A model generated the notes under the pieces. It was not told the origin of the DNA. It saw nothing but the letters and a program-made list of their open reading frames with translations, and ran no database searches. Positions 1 through 9,043 of a stretch of DNA of 64,000 bases are shown one piece after another (within the stretch, counting starts at the first letter, position 1; every line of letters starts with the position of its first letter). This DNA comes from a bacterium (GTDB taxonomy: Bacteria > Myxococcota_A > Bradymonadia > Bradymonadales > Bradymonadaceae): positions 92,631 to 156,630 of the forward strand of contig JAUIBR010000002.1 in the NCBI GenBank assembly GCA_030427705.1. The letters are read 5' to 3'. A program made the translations under genes and the position numbers.

Positions 1-2
1 GA

Positions 3-677
3 ATTAATACACAGCAGAAACTCCCATCGCGTTGGAACACCGATGTCTTTGGCTGGACGGATGTAGCAAAGATTGTGCTGAGGTACTCAGAATGGTTCGT
101 TGAGCCTGATCAACAAACAGTAAATGGTTTTGCTTCGATGTGGGCTCGATTTGCGCGCGAATTTCTGAATCCATACAACATCGATGAGTACAATTCACTT
201 AAGCACGGATTCCGAGCACAGCCTGGCGGTTTTGGTCTCGCCGTAGGTTTGGAAGAATCGCCGGGTGTTCCTGCTCCACCTCAAAACATGAGTTCAATGG
301 GATACAGCGAGACTGGGACCACATTTTATACGATTGAACAAACTGAGGACACAGGAAGGAAAAAGAGCAAAGACCCACACGTGACTGTGCGGGAGACATC
401 GATAAACTGGTCTCTTCGTGACGTTTGTTTGGGGCTGCAAATGGTCTCAATATCTCTCAAGAATATCGTCAGTCGACTGAACGAGATAAATGGTGTGGAG
501 ACCGAAGGGCCACATTACTTTCGACCGGAGAACGGAGACTATGCGATGCCATGGGGCAGTTCGGCATCTGTGGCGAGTTTCTCTACGTTGCATCATTTCA
601 CGGACGAAGGAATCGAGCCGTGGACACGTGAAGAGTTGGAGAGCTTGATGGACAATGTGCCTACTGATGAGGAATAG
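3..677 (+). CDS. Hypothetical protein, 5'-truncated at the window edge (the frame is open from nt 3). GC is markedly lower (about 45-50%) than the rest of the window.
   Basis: Frame 0 is open from nt 3 to the stop at 675-677. The ORF track starts at a GTG at 75, but there is no upstream stop. GC is about 43-50% by hand count of two 60-nt blocks. No recognisable motif. Confidence 0.45.
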   Translation: MNTQQKLPSRWNTDVFGWTDVAKIVLRYSEWFVEPDQQTVNGFASMWARFAREFLNPYNIDEYNSLKHGFRAQPGGFGLAVGLEESPGVPAPPQNMSSMGYSETGTTFYTIEQTEDTGRKKSKDPHVTVRETSINWSLRDVCLGLQMVSISLKNIVSRLNEINGVETEGPHYFRPENGDYAMPWGSSASVASFSTLHHFTDEGIEPWTREELESLMDNVPTDEE

Positions 678-696
678 CTCAGCAGACTGATTTCCC

Positions 697-2283
697 CTAA
701 CTGAGCTTCAACGGCCGGAATCGCAGCGGGTCTTTGACGTTTTTCACTAGCGCCTCGGCCTTGGGCCCGAATTCCGCCATATCGCCGTAAGCTTCAACAA
801 AGCGATCCATGCACAGGACCTCGCCGGCAGACGCGACGCCTTGCAGGCGAGCGGTGTTGTTCATCCCGGATGAGAAGCCGGTGTAGTCCTCGCTGGGGCC
901 GAAGAAGCCTACGAACAGTGGTGCGTAGTTCACGCCGGTTGCCACGGTTAGTGGCGCGGCGAGCTGCTTCAGCTCAGGGAAGTCCTCGCTGTCGCCCAGG
1001 CGCTCGGTGTATTCGACGATTCGGCGCGCGGCGTCGGCGGCGGCGTGGCAGGCTTGGCGGCCCGTCATCTCGAAAAACGGTGGGCCCCAAAGACCGATGA
1101 TGCAATCGCCGACCATCTTGTCGAAGACACCGCCGGTCTCCCAGACAATCTCGACGACATGGCGGCTCCAGCGGTCGACCAGGGCACCGATGCGCTCGGG
1201 CTCTTGAAGGACCTGTTCGCTCAAGTGCGTGAAGCCCGCGATGTCTGTGTACAAAATCGCGACGTGTTGATGCGTGGGTACCAAGAAGTTCTGAACGTAG
1301 TTGGGCTCCTGAAGCAGGCGCTTCACATACTGCTGCGGGAAGTTGCGGCTCAGACGCTTCCACTCTTTCGAGAAGTCGACGGCGCGCTGGCGCAGGTAGT
1401 CCGCAAATCGGTCAATCGTGGTGCGGCCAAACGGCGTCAACGGCCCGTTGTGTGTGCCCACAATCAAGCGACCAATTACGCTGTTCGAGTCCTGGCCAAA
1501 GATGGCGATGTCCTCGATATGCTGTGCGGTTACGCGCAGTGCGCGGAAGGTCTCTTCTTCGGTCGCGTAGTTCAGAATTGAGTTGGCAGCGTCGCGAAGC
1601 AGCGACTCGACCCGCTCGTCCATCTCATCCGACGAGCTGTACGCCCACTCGCCGCCTGAAAACACGCGATAGGTCAGCGAGCGACGGTCCAAATAGTCCT
1701 CGCTCATGAATACCAAGACCAGCTCGTCCCAGTGCACGTAGTTCGAAAGCACGTTCAGCGCGTGGTCCAAACCTTCTTCCAGAATCGGGGCTTTCAGGGC
1801 GTCGCTGACCTCGGACAACGCCCGCTGCCGACGTCGCGCGTCGTTGATGGCGCCCAGGTAGTTGTCCACCTGCTCTGCCCAGGTTTCGGCGAGTGCTTGG
1901 GTTTGCTCGATATCGTCATCGGTCGTGGCGATGAAAAGCGTACCGACGACTTCGTCGGATACATCCAGTCGTTGACCCACAAACGTGTGCGCGTCCATCT
2001 GCGCGACGAGCTCGTTCGCGTCTTCGACTTCCCGGGCCGCACCATCCAAGTCGAATTCGTGGAATGGCAGGTCGTTTGGAAAGAACCACTGCTGGGCATC
2101 GCCTTCTTCATCACGGCTGCGGCATACGACGGCGGCGGAACCGGTGGCTTGATGCAGCGTATCCAACATTCGCGGCATGATTTCGGACAAGGAAGCCTGC
2201 GCGCGCATGGCGAACTCAAGGATGACGTCGATCTCTCGACCGAGTTCGATTTGTGCCCGAAGTTTTTCGATTTCAGTCGCCAT
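697..2283 (-). CDS. Class III adenylate/guanylate cyclase with an N-terminal sensor (GAF-like) region
   Basis: The C-terminal half carries cyclase catalytic-domain motifs: VAILYTDIAGFTHLSE, FDKMVGDCIIGLWGPP and GMNNTARLQ. The ATG start was checked at 2283. Confidence 0.75.
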   Translation of the reverse strand: MATEIEKLRAQIELGREIDVILEFAMRAQASLSEIMPRMLDTLHQATGSAAVVCRSRDEEGDAQQWFFPNDLPFHEFDLDGAAREVEDANELVAQMDAHTFVGQRLDVSDEVVGTLFIATTDDDIEQTQALAETWAEQVDNYLGAINDARRRQRALSEVSDALKAPILEEGLDHALNVLSNYVHWDELVLVFMSEDYLDRRSLTYRVFSGGEWAYSSSDEMDERVESLLRDAANSILNYATEEETFRALRVTAQHIEDIAIFGQDSNSVIGRLIVGTHNGPLTPFGRTTIDRFADYLRQRAVDFSKEWKRLSRNFPQQYVKRLLQEPNYVQNFLVPTHQHVAILYTDIAGFTHLSEQVLQEPERIGALVDRWSRHVVEIVWETGGVFDKMVGDCIIGLWGPPFFEMTGRQACHAAADAARRIVEYTERLGDSEDFPELKQLAAPLTVATGVNYAPLFVGFFGPSEDYTGFSSGMNNTARLQGVASAGEVLCMDRFVEAYGDMAEFGPKAEALVKNVKDPLRFRPLKLS

Positions 2284-2363
2284 GGCCGCCCTTTCGTATC
2301 GCTTTGACCCAAGACATGAGCCGTTGTAGACGCAGTATCACAAACTCAGAACGGAAGCATCCA

Positions 2364-4193
2364 ATGCGACTCAAAAATCTATTCTATATCGGACTCTTGG
2401 TCACGGCCGGCTGCGGCATGAAGGCTCATCACCCGGACGCCGAGCTTGCGCAGCGTATGCAGCAAGAACAGCAGCAAACGCAGGAGTTGCTCAAGAACTT
2501 CGAAGGTCTGCCGCCCGAGGACCAACTGAATGCAGGCTTGGATGCGTTGTGGGAGCTTCAAATGAAGTTCTACCCACAATGGGCGACCTACCGTGGCGAT
2601 CGTCGCTACGATGGCCGATTGAACGATGTCAGCGACGAGGCACTGCGTGAGTATCAGAAGCAGTACGCGTTCATTGCCCGAACGTATGTCAGCGTGATCG
2701 ACCCGCAGAAGCTCAGTGAGGACTCACGAGATACACAGGCCATGGTCGCCATCGCTGTGCGAAACATGAACGAGTCCACCGAAAAATGCGCGAACCATCT
2801 CTGGGCGGTGAACGGGCTGGAAGGACCGAACGTTCGCTACGCGATGCTGCCGGTTTTCTTCCCCATCCGGAACACCGAAGACTTGGCCAATCTAGAGAAG
2901 CGCTATCGCGCGACGGGTGCGCAGATCGACGCGTTCATCGCGAATCGTCAAAAAGGACTCGATTCCGGTTATGCGCCGACGAAGGTCAACGTCGAGCGCG
3001 CGCTGAAGCAGCTTCAAGACGCCGAGCAGGTACCGCTTGAAGAAGACCCGATGCTGAAGCTGAACATGCCGAATAAGGACCAACAATTCGACACCACCGG
3101 CGTTCGTGACGCGGTCGAGACGGTCGTTCGCCCTGCCCTTAAGCGTTATCGCGAGTTCCTGGAAACCAAAGTGCTGCCGGTAGCGCGGACCGAGGTCGGC
3201 GTCAGCAATATCCCGAAGGGTCAGTCGTGCTACCAGGCCAGAATCGAAAGTTATATCGGACCTGGATTCACGCCGGAGCAGCTGCATCAGATTGGTCTCG
3301 AAGAGCTGAAATGGGCGCAGGACGGCATGATGCAGGTGGCCAAGGACCTGGGGAAGAAGCCCAAGAACGCGCAAGAGTTCATGAAGGCGATGACCAAGGA
3401 CCCCGAGAACTTCATCGACAGCGAAGAACAACTGCTCGAAATGAATCGCGCTGTAGTGGCGGCGGCGACGAATGCGCTGCCGACGATGTTCAACACCATC
3501 CCGAAGACGCCGGTTGAGGTTCGCCCCATCGAAGCCCACCGCGCTCCAAGTGCGCCTGCGGCCTACTACAACGGCGCGCCTAAGGACGGCTCACGCCCTG
3601 GCATCTACTATTGCAACACCTACGAGCCTAAGACTCGTCCGCTCTACAACTTGGAGGCGTTGGCGTTTCACGAAGCCAACCCCGGCCACCACCTTCAGAT
3701 TGCCATTTCGCAAGAGCGTCCAGATGCCCATGAGTGGCGCCAGAGCGCGGGTCAGACCGCCTTCACGGAAGGCTGGGCTCTCTACGCCGAGATTCTGGCG
3801 GACGAGATGGGACTCTACACGTCACCGCGCACGAAGTTCGGAATGTACAACTATCAGGCGTGGCGCGCGGTTCGCCTGGTTGTCGACACCGGTATGCACC
3901 ACATGGGCTGGAGCCGACAGAAGGCCATCGACTTCCTGATGGAGAACACCGCCCTGACGGAAAACGAAGTGGTCAACGAGATCGACCGCTACATCGCGTG
4001 GCCTGGCCAAGCGCTGGCCTACATGGTTGGCCGCCGCAAGATTCAGGAGCTACGTAAACGAGCTGAAACCGAGCTCGGCCCTGATTTTGATGTAAAAGCG
4101 TTCCACACAGAGGTCGTCTCGCGTGGGTCGGTTCCGTTGGAGCTATTGGAGAAGAATATCAACGCCTGGATTGCTTCGCAGAATGCAGAGTAA
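2364..4193 (+). CDS. DUF885-family lipoprotein (putative metallopeptidase-like, HExxPGHH motif)
   Basis: ATG at 2364, in frame with the track ORF 2253..4193. The lipoprotein signal is MRLKNLFYIGLLVTAGC. The DUF885 signature FHEANPGHHLQ is present, along with the C-terminal conserved region YIAWPGQALAY. Confidence 0.7.
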   Translation: MRLKNLFYIGLLVTAGCGMKAHHPDAELAQRMQQEQQQTQELLKNFEGLPPEDQLNAGLDALWELQMKFYPQWATYRGDRRYDGRLNDVSDEALREYQKQYAFIARTYVSVIDPQKLSEDSRDTQAMVAIAVRNMNESTEKCANHLWAVNGLEGPNVRYAMLPVFFPIRNTEDLANLEKRYRATGAQIDAFIANRQKGLDSGYAPTKVNVERALKQLQDAEQVPLEEDPMLKLNMPNKDQQFDTTGVRDAVETVVRPALKRYREFLETKVLPVARTEVGVSNIPKGQSCYQARIESYIGPGFTPEQLHQIGLEELKWAQDGMMQVAKDLGKKPKNAQEFMKAMTKDPENFIDSEEQLLEMNRAVVAAATNALPTMFNTIPKTPVEVRPIEAHRAPSAPAAYYNGAPKDGSRPGIYYCNTYEPKTRPLYNLEALAFHEANPGHHLQIAISQERPDAHEWRQSAGQTAFTEGWALYAEILADEMGLYTSPRTKFGMYNYQAWRAVRLVVDTGMHHMGWSRQKAIDFLMENTALTENEVVNEIDRYIAWPGQALAYMVGRRKIQELRKRAETELGPDFDVKAFHTEVVSRGSVPLELLEKNINAWIASQNAE

Positions 4194-4230
4194 CTGCGTT
4201 GCGCGGCCGGCGGTGATTTGAGGGTTCCGG

Positions 4231-5616
4231 TTGAGTTTCTCGAGGTTTTTCTGCACGATCGGCGCTCGACGCGGAGGTTCCATATTGCGGTTGTGGTTGG
4301 TTTTAGTTTTAGTCTTCTCGATTGGGTGTTCAGAACCCGAGAGAGACGTCGATGATGTTGCCGATCTCGGGAGGGATGGGGCCAACGAAATGGACGACTC
4401 TCCTGACACTCCTGAAATCGCGGAACGCCCTGACATTGTTGAATGCCGACCAGTCGCATCCAAACCAACCGGCGACTTGAGCGTCGACCTCGTAGGCGAC
4501 TGGGTTTTCAACCTGGGGCTGATCGACAGTCTTCAGCCAGTCTATCGACTCCAACCAAATGGTGAAATGAAAGTGGTTTTGTCGCCGCACGACGGCTTCT
4601 CAGAAAGCCCCCGCGACGGACGAATCAATATGGGTTCGTGGCAGACTTCTGGCGGCTTCCTAAAAGCTGGTCATTTCCGACAAGAAGTCCTTCATGTGTG
4701 GCCGACAATGATTCAACTCGACCAAAACAACATGCTTCGAGTCGAGTGTACGGGGTTCGGATTCAATGACACATTCGAACGCGATGAGGCCGTCTGCTCG
4801 ACAGCATGTACTGAAATGGCTGAAGGGGCGCTCTGCATACCAAGCCCTTTGCCTCACGGACGCGCATCTGGTTGCGGGTTGCCTGACCTTGTTCAACCAC
4901 GTCGCATTCAAGGCTTGGATTTTGGATTTCAAACTGTTGCGTATGCCGGGAACCAATGGTGTGGGCTCAAGACGACCGGAGAAGTGGCCTGTGAAAATGA
5001 TAGCTACATCCCTAGCGGGGAGTTTGTTCAGATGACGGCCGGCCACGAATTCTATTGCGCGATCGATATCAGAGGTGAGGTGACATGTTGGAATCCAAGC
5101 CGTGATTTGCGCACACCGTCGATTGAATTCAAGGACATCAAGGCCAACTTCGCCCAGGCATGTGGTGTCGACTCGGAAGGAGACGTTTATTGCTGGTATC
5201 CGGGAACCCCTGACAACCAGCCTGGCGACCCGATCCTGACTGGCGACTTCGAGCGGGTGTTCATGGGCGATGGCAACTTATGCGCTCTCGACAATGACGG
5301 AGTGCTGACATGCATCGGCCCGGACGCCCCACAAATTGCTGGCGTGTACAAGAGCGCGGCCGTGAAATCCGGCGCGGTTTGCGCTATTGACGCAGCCAAT
5401 AACGTCTCCTGCGTCGGCAGTGACACGGATGATGTGCCTCAAACGGCCCAGTTGCTTGCGTTCCAAGATGACGGGGGATGCGCATTGTCGCCAGAAAACG
5501 TGCTGACGTGTTGGGGACCTTACCCGTTCACCGCCGAAAACGTGACGCAGTTTTCAACGATGCTCAACAATGGGGTTTGTGGGATCATCTCCAACAACGT
5601 CCTAGTTTGTTGGTGA
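4231..5616 (+). CDS. Lipoprotein with Cys/Trp-containing beta-propeller-like repeats (RCC1-like?)
   Basis: TTG start at 4231; an alternative TTG at 4285 gives MRLWLVLVLVFSIGC. The lipobox is FSIGC. Repeats of the form G(E/D)V.C(W)..(P/G) occur about seven times. Confidence 0.45.
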   Translation: MSFSRFFCTIGARRGGSILRLWLVLVLVFSIGCSEPERDVDDVADLGRDGANEMDDSPDTPEIAERPDIVECRPVASKPTGDLSVDLVGDWVFNLGLIDSLQPVYRLQPNGEMKVVLSPHDGFSESPRDGRINMGSWQTSGGFLKAGHFRQEVLHVWPTMIQLDQNNMLRVECTGFGFNDTFERDEAVCSTACTEMAEGALCIPSPLPHGRASGCGLPDLVQPRRIQGLDFGFQTVAYAGNQWCGLKTTGEVACENDSYIPSGEFVQMTAGHEFYCAIDIRGEVTCWNPSRDLRTPSIEFKDIKANFAQACGVDSEGDVYCWYPGTPDNQPGDPILTGDFERVFMGDGNLCALDNDGVLTCIGPDAPQIAGVYKSAAVKSGAVCAIDAANNVSCVGSDTDDVPQTAQLLAFQDDGGCALSPENVLTCWGPYPFTAENVTQFSTMLNNGVCGIISNNVLVCW

Positions 5617-5656
5617 CTGGTGTCCCGTGAAGTGGTGACGTTGGGAATGGGATTGA

Positions 5657-6367
5657 CTATCGAAGCTGCAATCCCGTGTTGAGACGAATTCCCGAGCCGC
5701 CGGGCATGATGCCGGGCTTGTTCATACCTGTGTTGACCCAAACTTTCGCTTTGGGTCCAGATTCAGTCCAGTTGCCGGCCTCGTCGCCTGCAAGCAGCAC
5801 GTAAGTGCCGCCCGCGTCGACGGACTGGTACTCAAACGACTTTTCGGTCGCGGCAAACACCTCGATCTCCTCAGGCTCTAGACTATCTTCTTTGACCAGT
5901 TTGTATTGCGTGACCGCGACGTCATCCGTGGGTTCGGGCGACCAGGTGAAGGTCACTTTTGAGCCCAACATGCCTTTTGATTCGACATCGATTTCGAGCT
6001 TCGCGTCCTCGGCCCACTTTGGTGGCGTCGAGTCCTTGGTCTTGGCGGTCGCTTTGATGGCAGGCGACCAATTGCCCTTCATGTCAGAGACGTCGACCGA
6101 GAAGTTGTACTCGGTGTTGCCCTTCAGGTTCTCGGCGATATAGCTCTCGTTGCCGGCACCAATCTCGGCCAAGACTTCTTCGCCGTTCTTGATGCGAATG
6201 GTCGACAGACCGTCGGAGTCTTCTGGAAGCTTCCAATTCAATTTGGCAGACGTTCCGGTCACGTCCGTGACTTCAAGCTTCTGACCTGGGTTCCACTTGG
6301 GAGGACCGTCGCCGCAGGCGATTAGAAACGAGGCCGAGACCAGTACTGCAATCTTTGTCTTCATCAT
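5657..6367 (-). CDS. Lipoprotein with fibronectin type III-like domains
   Basis: Signal plus lipobox MMKTKIAVLVSASFLIACG. An Fn3-like segment reads LEVTDVTGTSAKLNWKLPEDSDG ... YNFSV. Confidence 0.5.
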   Translation of the reverse strand: MMKTKIAVLVSASFLIACGDGPPKWNPGQKLEVTDVTGTSAKLNWKLPEDSDGLSTIRIKNGEEVLAEIGAGNESYIAENLKGNTEYNFSVDVSDMKGNWSPAIKATAKTKDSTPPKWAEDAKLEIDVESKGMLGSKVTFTWSPEPTDDVAVTQYKLVKEDSLEPEEIEVFAATEKSFEYQSVDAGGTYVLLAGDEAGNWTESGPKAKVWVNTGMNKPGIMPGGSGIRLNTGLQLR

Positions 6368-6375
6368 CTCTCCAT

Positions 6376-7032
6376 CTACTTGCGGGGACGCGTAACCGCG
6401 CTCTCGGCCCGCTCAAGGGCCGCCATCCAATCCGCGTCCAACACATCTTCACCGGCAACGTATAATGCCATGTTCTCGAACTGGTCGTTACCCCAGAAGA
6501 GTTCATCCTCGATCTGCATTGTGGGTACGCCAAACACGCCCTTTTCAACCGCAGCTGCGACCTCCTGCTTCAACGCGGACTTCACCGAGCCTTCCTGCGT
6601 CTGCGCAACCATCGTTGCACCATCAAAGCCTGCCTCAGTCAAAACCGAAGCTACGACTTCAGGATTCCCAATGTCTTTGTGGTCGCTCCAACACGCCTTG
6701 TATAGAGCGTGGATGACGCCTACCTGGTCGTCCCCAGCCACCGCCACGTGCGAGGCACGAAGCGCCGTCAGCGGATTGAACGGGTGGTACTTGGGGAACT
6801 GCACTGTAATCCCGTGTCGATTCGCATAACGCAGCACGTCCTTGAACGTGTGGATGCGCTTCGGCGGAATCTCGGCAGGACCCAGATGCCCATAGTGGTT
6901 GAGCGCAGCGGCCAACAACATCGGCTGTGGCACCAACTTCAGATCATGCGCCTCGCAAAACTCCTCAACCCGCAGCCACGCGAAGAACGCGTACGGTGAA
7001 AGGTAGTCGAAGTAGAATGTCAGCTCACGCAT
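6376..7032 (-). CDS. DsbA-like thioredoxin-fold protein, 2-hydroxychromene-2-carboxylate isomerase family
   Basis: N-terminus MRELTFYFDYLSPYAFFAW. The C-terminal region GVFGVPTMQIEDELFWGNDQ is typical of HCCA isomerase / DsbA-like proteins. An upstream in-frame ATG at 7044 is also possible. Confidence 0.65.
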   Translation of the reverse strand: MRELTFYFDYLSPYAFFAWLRVEEFCEAHDLKLVPQPMLLAAALNHYGHLGPAEIPPKRIHTFKDVLRYANRHGITVQFPKYHPFNPLTALRASHVAVAGDDQVGVIHALYKACWSDHKDIGNPEVVASVLTEAGFDGATMVAQTQEGSVKSALKQEVAAAVEKGVFGVPTMQIEDELFWGNDQFENMALYVAGEDVLDADWMAALERAESAVTRPRK

Positions 7033-7101
7033 GTTGTGACCCACGTCATTATTCAGACAGATACTTACTAAACGGAGCCCTATCGTGCCATGTGGAATCT
7101 T

Positions 7102-7156
7102 GGGCTCGGGGCTAGCGGCTCGGGGGCTCGGGGCTAGAGGGCTTGCGGCTTGCGGG
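7102..7156. repeat. GC-rich short tandem repeat (GGCTCGGGG / GGCTTGCGG units) in the divergent promoter region
   Basis: The repeat unit ggctcggggctag is read directly between the DsbA-like gene and the DksA-family gene. Confidence 0.5.
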
Positions 7157-7177
7157 TAAGCGAGTAGAGTCTATCGG

Positions 7178-7537
7178 ATGGACGAGTTGACGGACGAACA
7201 AATCGAAGAGCTGCATTCCTTGCTTTTGGAGCAGCTGTCGGAGTTGGAGAAATCTCTTACCGCGACCACCGAGGGCGCCAAGGCCGTCGATTTGGATGAG
7301 CCGATTGGGCGCCTGTCCCGCATGGAAGCGATGCAGCAGCAACAAATGGCCAAGGCCAATCGCGACCGTGCTCGCTCCCAATTACAGCTGACTAGGGCGG
7401 CGATTCAAGCCATCGAAAACGATGAAGACTACGGCTATTGCCGGCAGTGTGAAGAACCCATTGGTTACCGCCGCCTGAAAGCACGCCCGGAATCGCCGGT
7501 CTGCCTGGGCTGTCAATCCGCCCGCGAACGCCGCTAG
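7178..7537 (+). CDS. DksA/TraR-family C4 zinc-finger transcription factor
   Basis: An N-terminal coiled-coil region is followed by CRQC-x17-CLGC, which is the C4 zinc finger of the DksA/TraR family. Confidence 0.7.
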   Translation: MDELTDEQIEELHSLLLEQLSELEKSLTATTEGAKAVDLDEPIGRLSRMEAMQQQQMAKANRDRARSQLQLTRAAIQAIENDEDYGYCRQCEEPIGYRRLKARPESPVCLGCQSARERR

Positions 7538-7540
7538 CGG

Positions 7541-7617
7541 CCAGCCCAAAGGGCGACCCCAGCCGTAGGCGACGCCAGCCCGAAGGGCGACGCCAGCCGA
7601 AGGCGACGCCAGCCCGA
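7541..7617. repeat. Imperfect tandem repeat (CCAGCC[C]GAAGG[G]CGACG, about 4.5 copies) immediately 3' of the DksA-family gene
   Basis: Read directly: ccagcccaaagggcgacc / ccagccgtaggcgacg / ccagcccgaagggcgacg / ccagccgaaggcgacg / ccagcccgag. Confidence 0.6.
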
Positions 7618-7642
7618 GAACATAAAACGCACAAGAAAGACG

Positions 7643-7679
7643 AAAGCCCGCGAACGTCAAGTTCACGGGCTTTAAATTT
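7643..7679. terminator. Bidirectional rho-independent terminator between the convergent DksA-family (+) and cfa (-) genes
   Basis: Hairpin gcccgcgaac-gtcaa-gttcacgggc with 9 of 10 base pairs. It is flanked by AAA on the 5' side and TTTAAATTT on the 3' side, so it is T-rich on both strands. Confidence 0.65.
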
Positions 7680-7694
7680 GCGTCGGGCGTACCG

Positions 7695-8906
7695 TTATTC
7701 GGCAGCTGCGTCGATGGCTTCTGGGAAGTCCAGTGCGCGGCCGGTTCCAACCGTAACGGTCTTGTCGACAACCCAACGATCGCGTCGGAAGTGGTCGAGG
7801 TTCTTGTTCATGACAACCTGGAAGCAAGCTGCGTTGCCTTGCTCGGCGATGATTGCCGACCATGCCAGGAAGAAGTGCCAGATACGGAACCAACGCTCGC
7901 CGTACGCGTCGAGCATCTGGTCCTTGTTTGCCAGCCAGTTCTGGTGCCAGTGACGAATCGTCCATCCGTAGTGGATGCTGACGTTTTCGACGGTCTGGAT
8001 TTCGAATCCGCCCTTCTCCATTGCTTTGAGCATTGGCGAGAGGCAAAGCGAAGCGTCTGCACCTGGGAAGATGTACTTGTTCATGAACAAGCCCCAGATG
8101 AGGTCTTCTGGACGAAGCGTAGCAGCCGACGTTGGGCTGTTTGGCATGTAGAGGTTACGGATACCCGTCCATTGAAGCAGCATGATTCCGTCGTCCTCAA
8201 GCAGGTCGTAGCACTGCTCGTAGAAAGCGACGAGGTTCTTGACGCCGACGTGCTCGACCATCTCGAACGATGCGATCTTGTCGAACTTCATGTCCTTGGG
8301 GATATCGCGGTAGTCGTGGCAACGGATGCGTGCGCGGTCCGAAACGCCCCACTCTTTGATTCGGTTCATACCGAACTTGGTCTGCTCTTCCGCGATGGTG
8401 ACGCCGGTAGCGTCTGCGCCGTAGTACTTAGCAGCGTGTGCGGTGAACGTTCCCCAACCACATCCGATGTCCAGGATGCGCTCGCCAGGCTTAAGCTGAA
8501 GCTTTTGGCATGCGAGGTTGAGCTTGTTGTCTTGAGCTTGCTCAAGCGTGTCTTTTTCTGGGTCTTCGTAGAAAGCCGAGGTGTAGACCATGCGGTCACC
8601 AAGGAATGCTCCGAAGAAATCGTTTCCGCGGTCGTAGTGGTCGCGGACAATGCGCTCGTCCTGCTCTTGCGAGTGGATTGCAACTTCAGGAATGAAGTTG
8701 GTGACTGCCCATTTGAAGTGCTCCGGCGTGAGCGTGTACTTCACGAACAAGTTGCGGTTAGCCAAGAATTCCCAGATATCGCCCGGGATATCTAAAGCAC
8801 CATCGAAGTATGCCTCATACAGGGTCGCCATAGGGATCTGGCGAGATGCGTACTTCTTCTCGAGTTGTTTGTCGTGGAATACAACGTAATCATTAATCGA
8901 AGCCAT
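7695..8906 (-). CDS. cfa: Cyclopropane-fatty-acyl-phospholipid synthase family SAM-dependent methyltransferase
   Basis: SAM-binding motif ILDIGCGWG, plus FEMVEHVG and the CFA-synthase-like C-terminal region. About 400 aa. Confidence 0.8.
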   Translation of the reverse strand: MASINDYVVFHDKQLEKKYASRQIPMATLYEAYFDGALDIPGDIWEFLANRNLFVKYTLTPEHFKWAVTNFIPEVAIHSQEQDERIVRDHYDRGNDFFGAFLGDRMVYTSAFYEDPEKDTLEQAQDNKLNLACQKLQLKPGERILDIGCGWGTFTAHAAKYYGADATGVTIAEEQTKFGMNRIKEWGVSDRARIRCHDYRDIPKDMKFDKIASFEMVEHVGVKNLVAFYEQCYDLLEDDGIMLLQWTGIRNLYMPNSPTSAATLRPEDLIWGLFMNKYIFPGADASLCLSPMLKAMEKGGFEIQTVENVSIHYGWTIRHWHQNWLANKDQMLDAYGERWFRIWHFFLAWSAIIAEQGNAACFQVVMNKNLDHFRRDRWVVDKTVTVGTGRALDFPEAIDAAAE

Positions 8907-9043
8907 GAATCAATCCTCCAATCGTAGCGTTCAAAGGCGGCGCAACCTAACCAAGTGAAACGTAAAACGCAAGACCGTCGATCAACGTTTTCCTGAAACG
9001 CTGTTTCACCTATGTTATTGGGGCCTTTTGGACCGGTTTGTTA

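Noticed and set aside
870-1581. Arg-rich ORFs (870..1100 +, 974..1363 -, 1045..1581 +) inside and antisense to the adenylate cyclase gene
   Set aside because: Typical high-GC spurious frames (poly-Arg/Pro composition) fully contained in a well-supported gene.
2253-2363. Upstream extension of the DUF885 ORF (track start 2253)
   Set aside because: The extension overlaps the divergent cyclase gene start and lacks a signal. The ATG at 2364 yields a canonical lipoprotein signal.
7541-7617. Intergenic 16-18-nt tandem repeat considered as a possible CRISPR array
   Set aside because: The units are contiguous with no spacers, only about 4.5 copies, and there are no cas genes. Classified as a simple tandem repeat.
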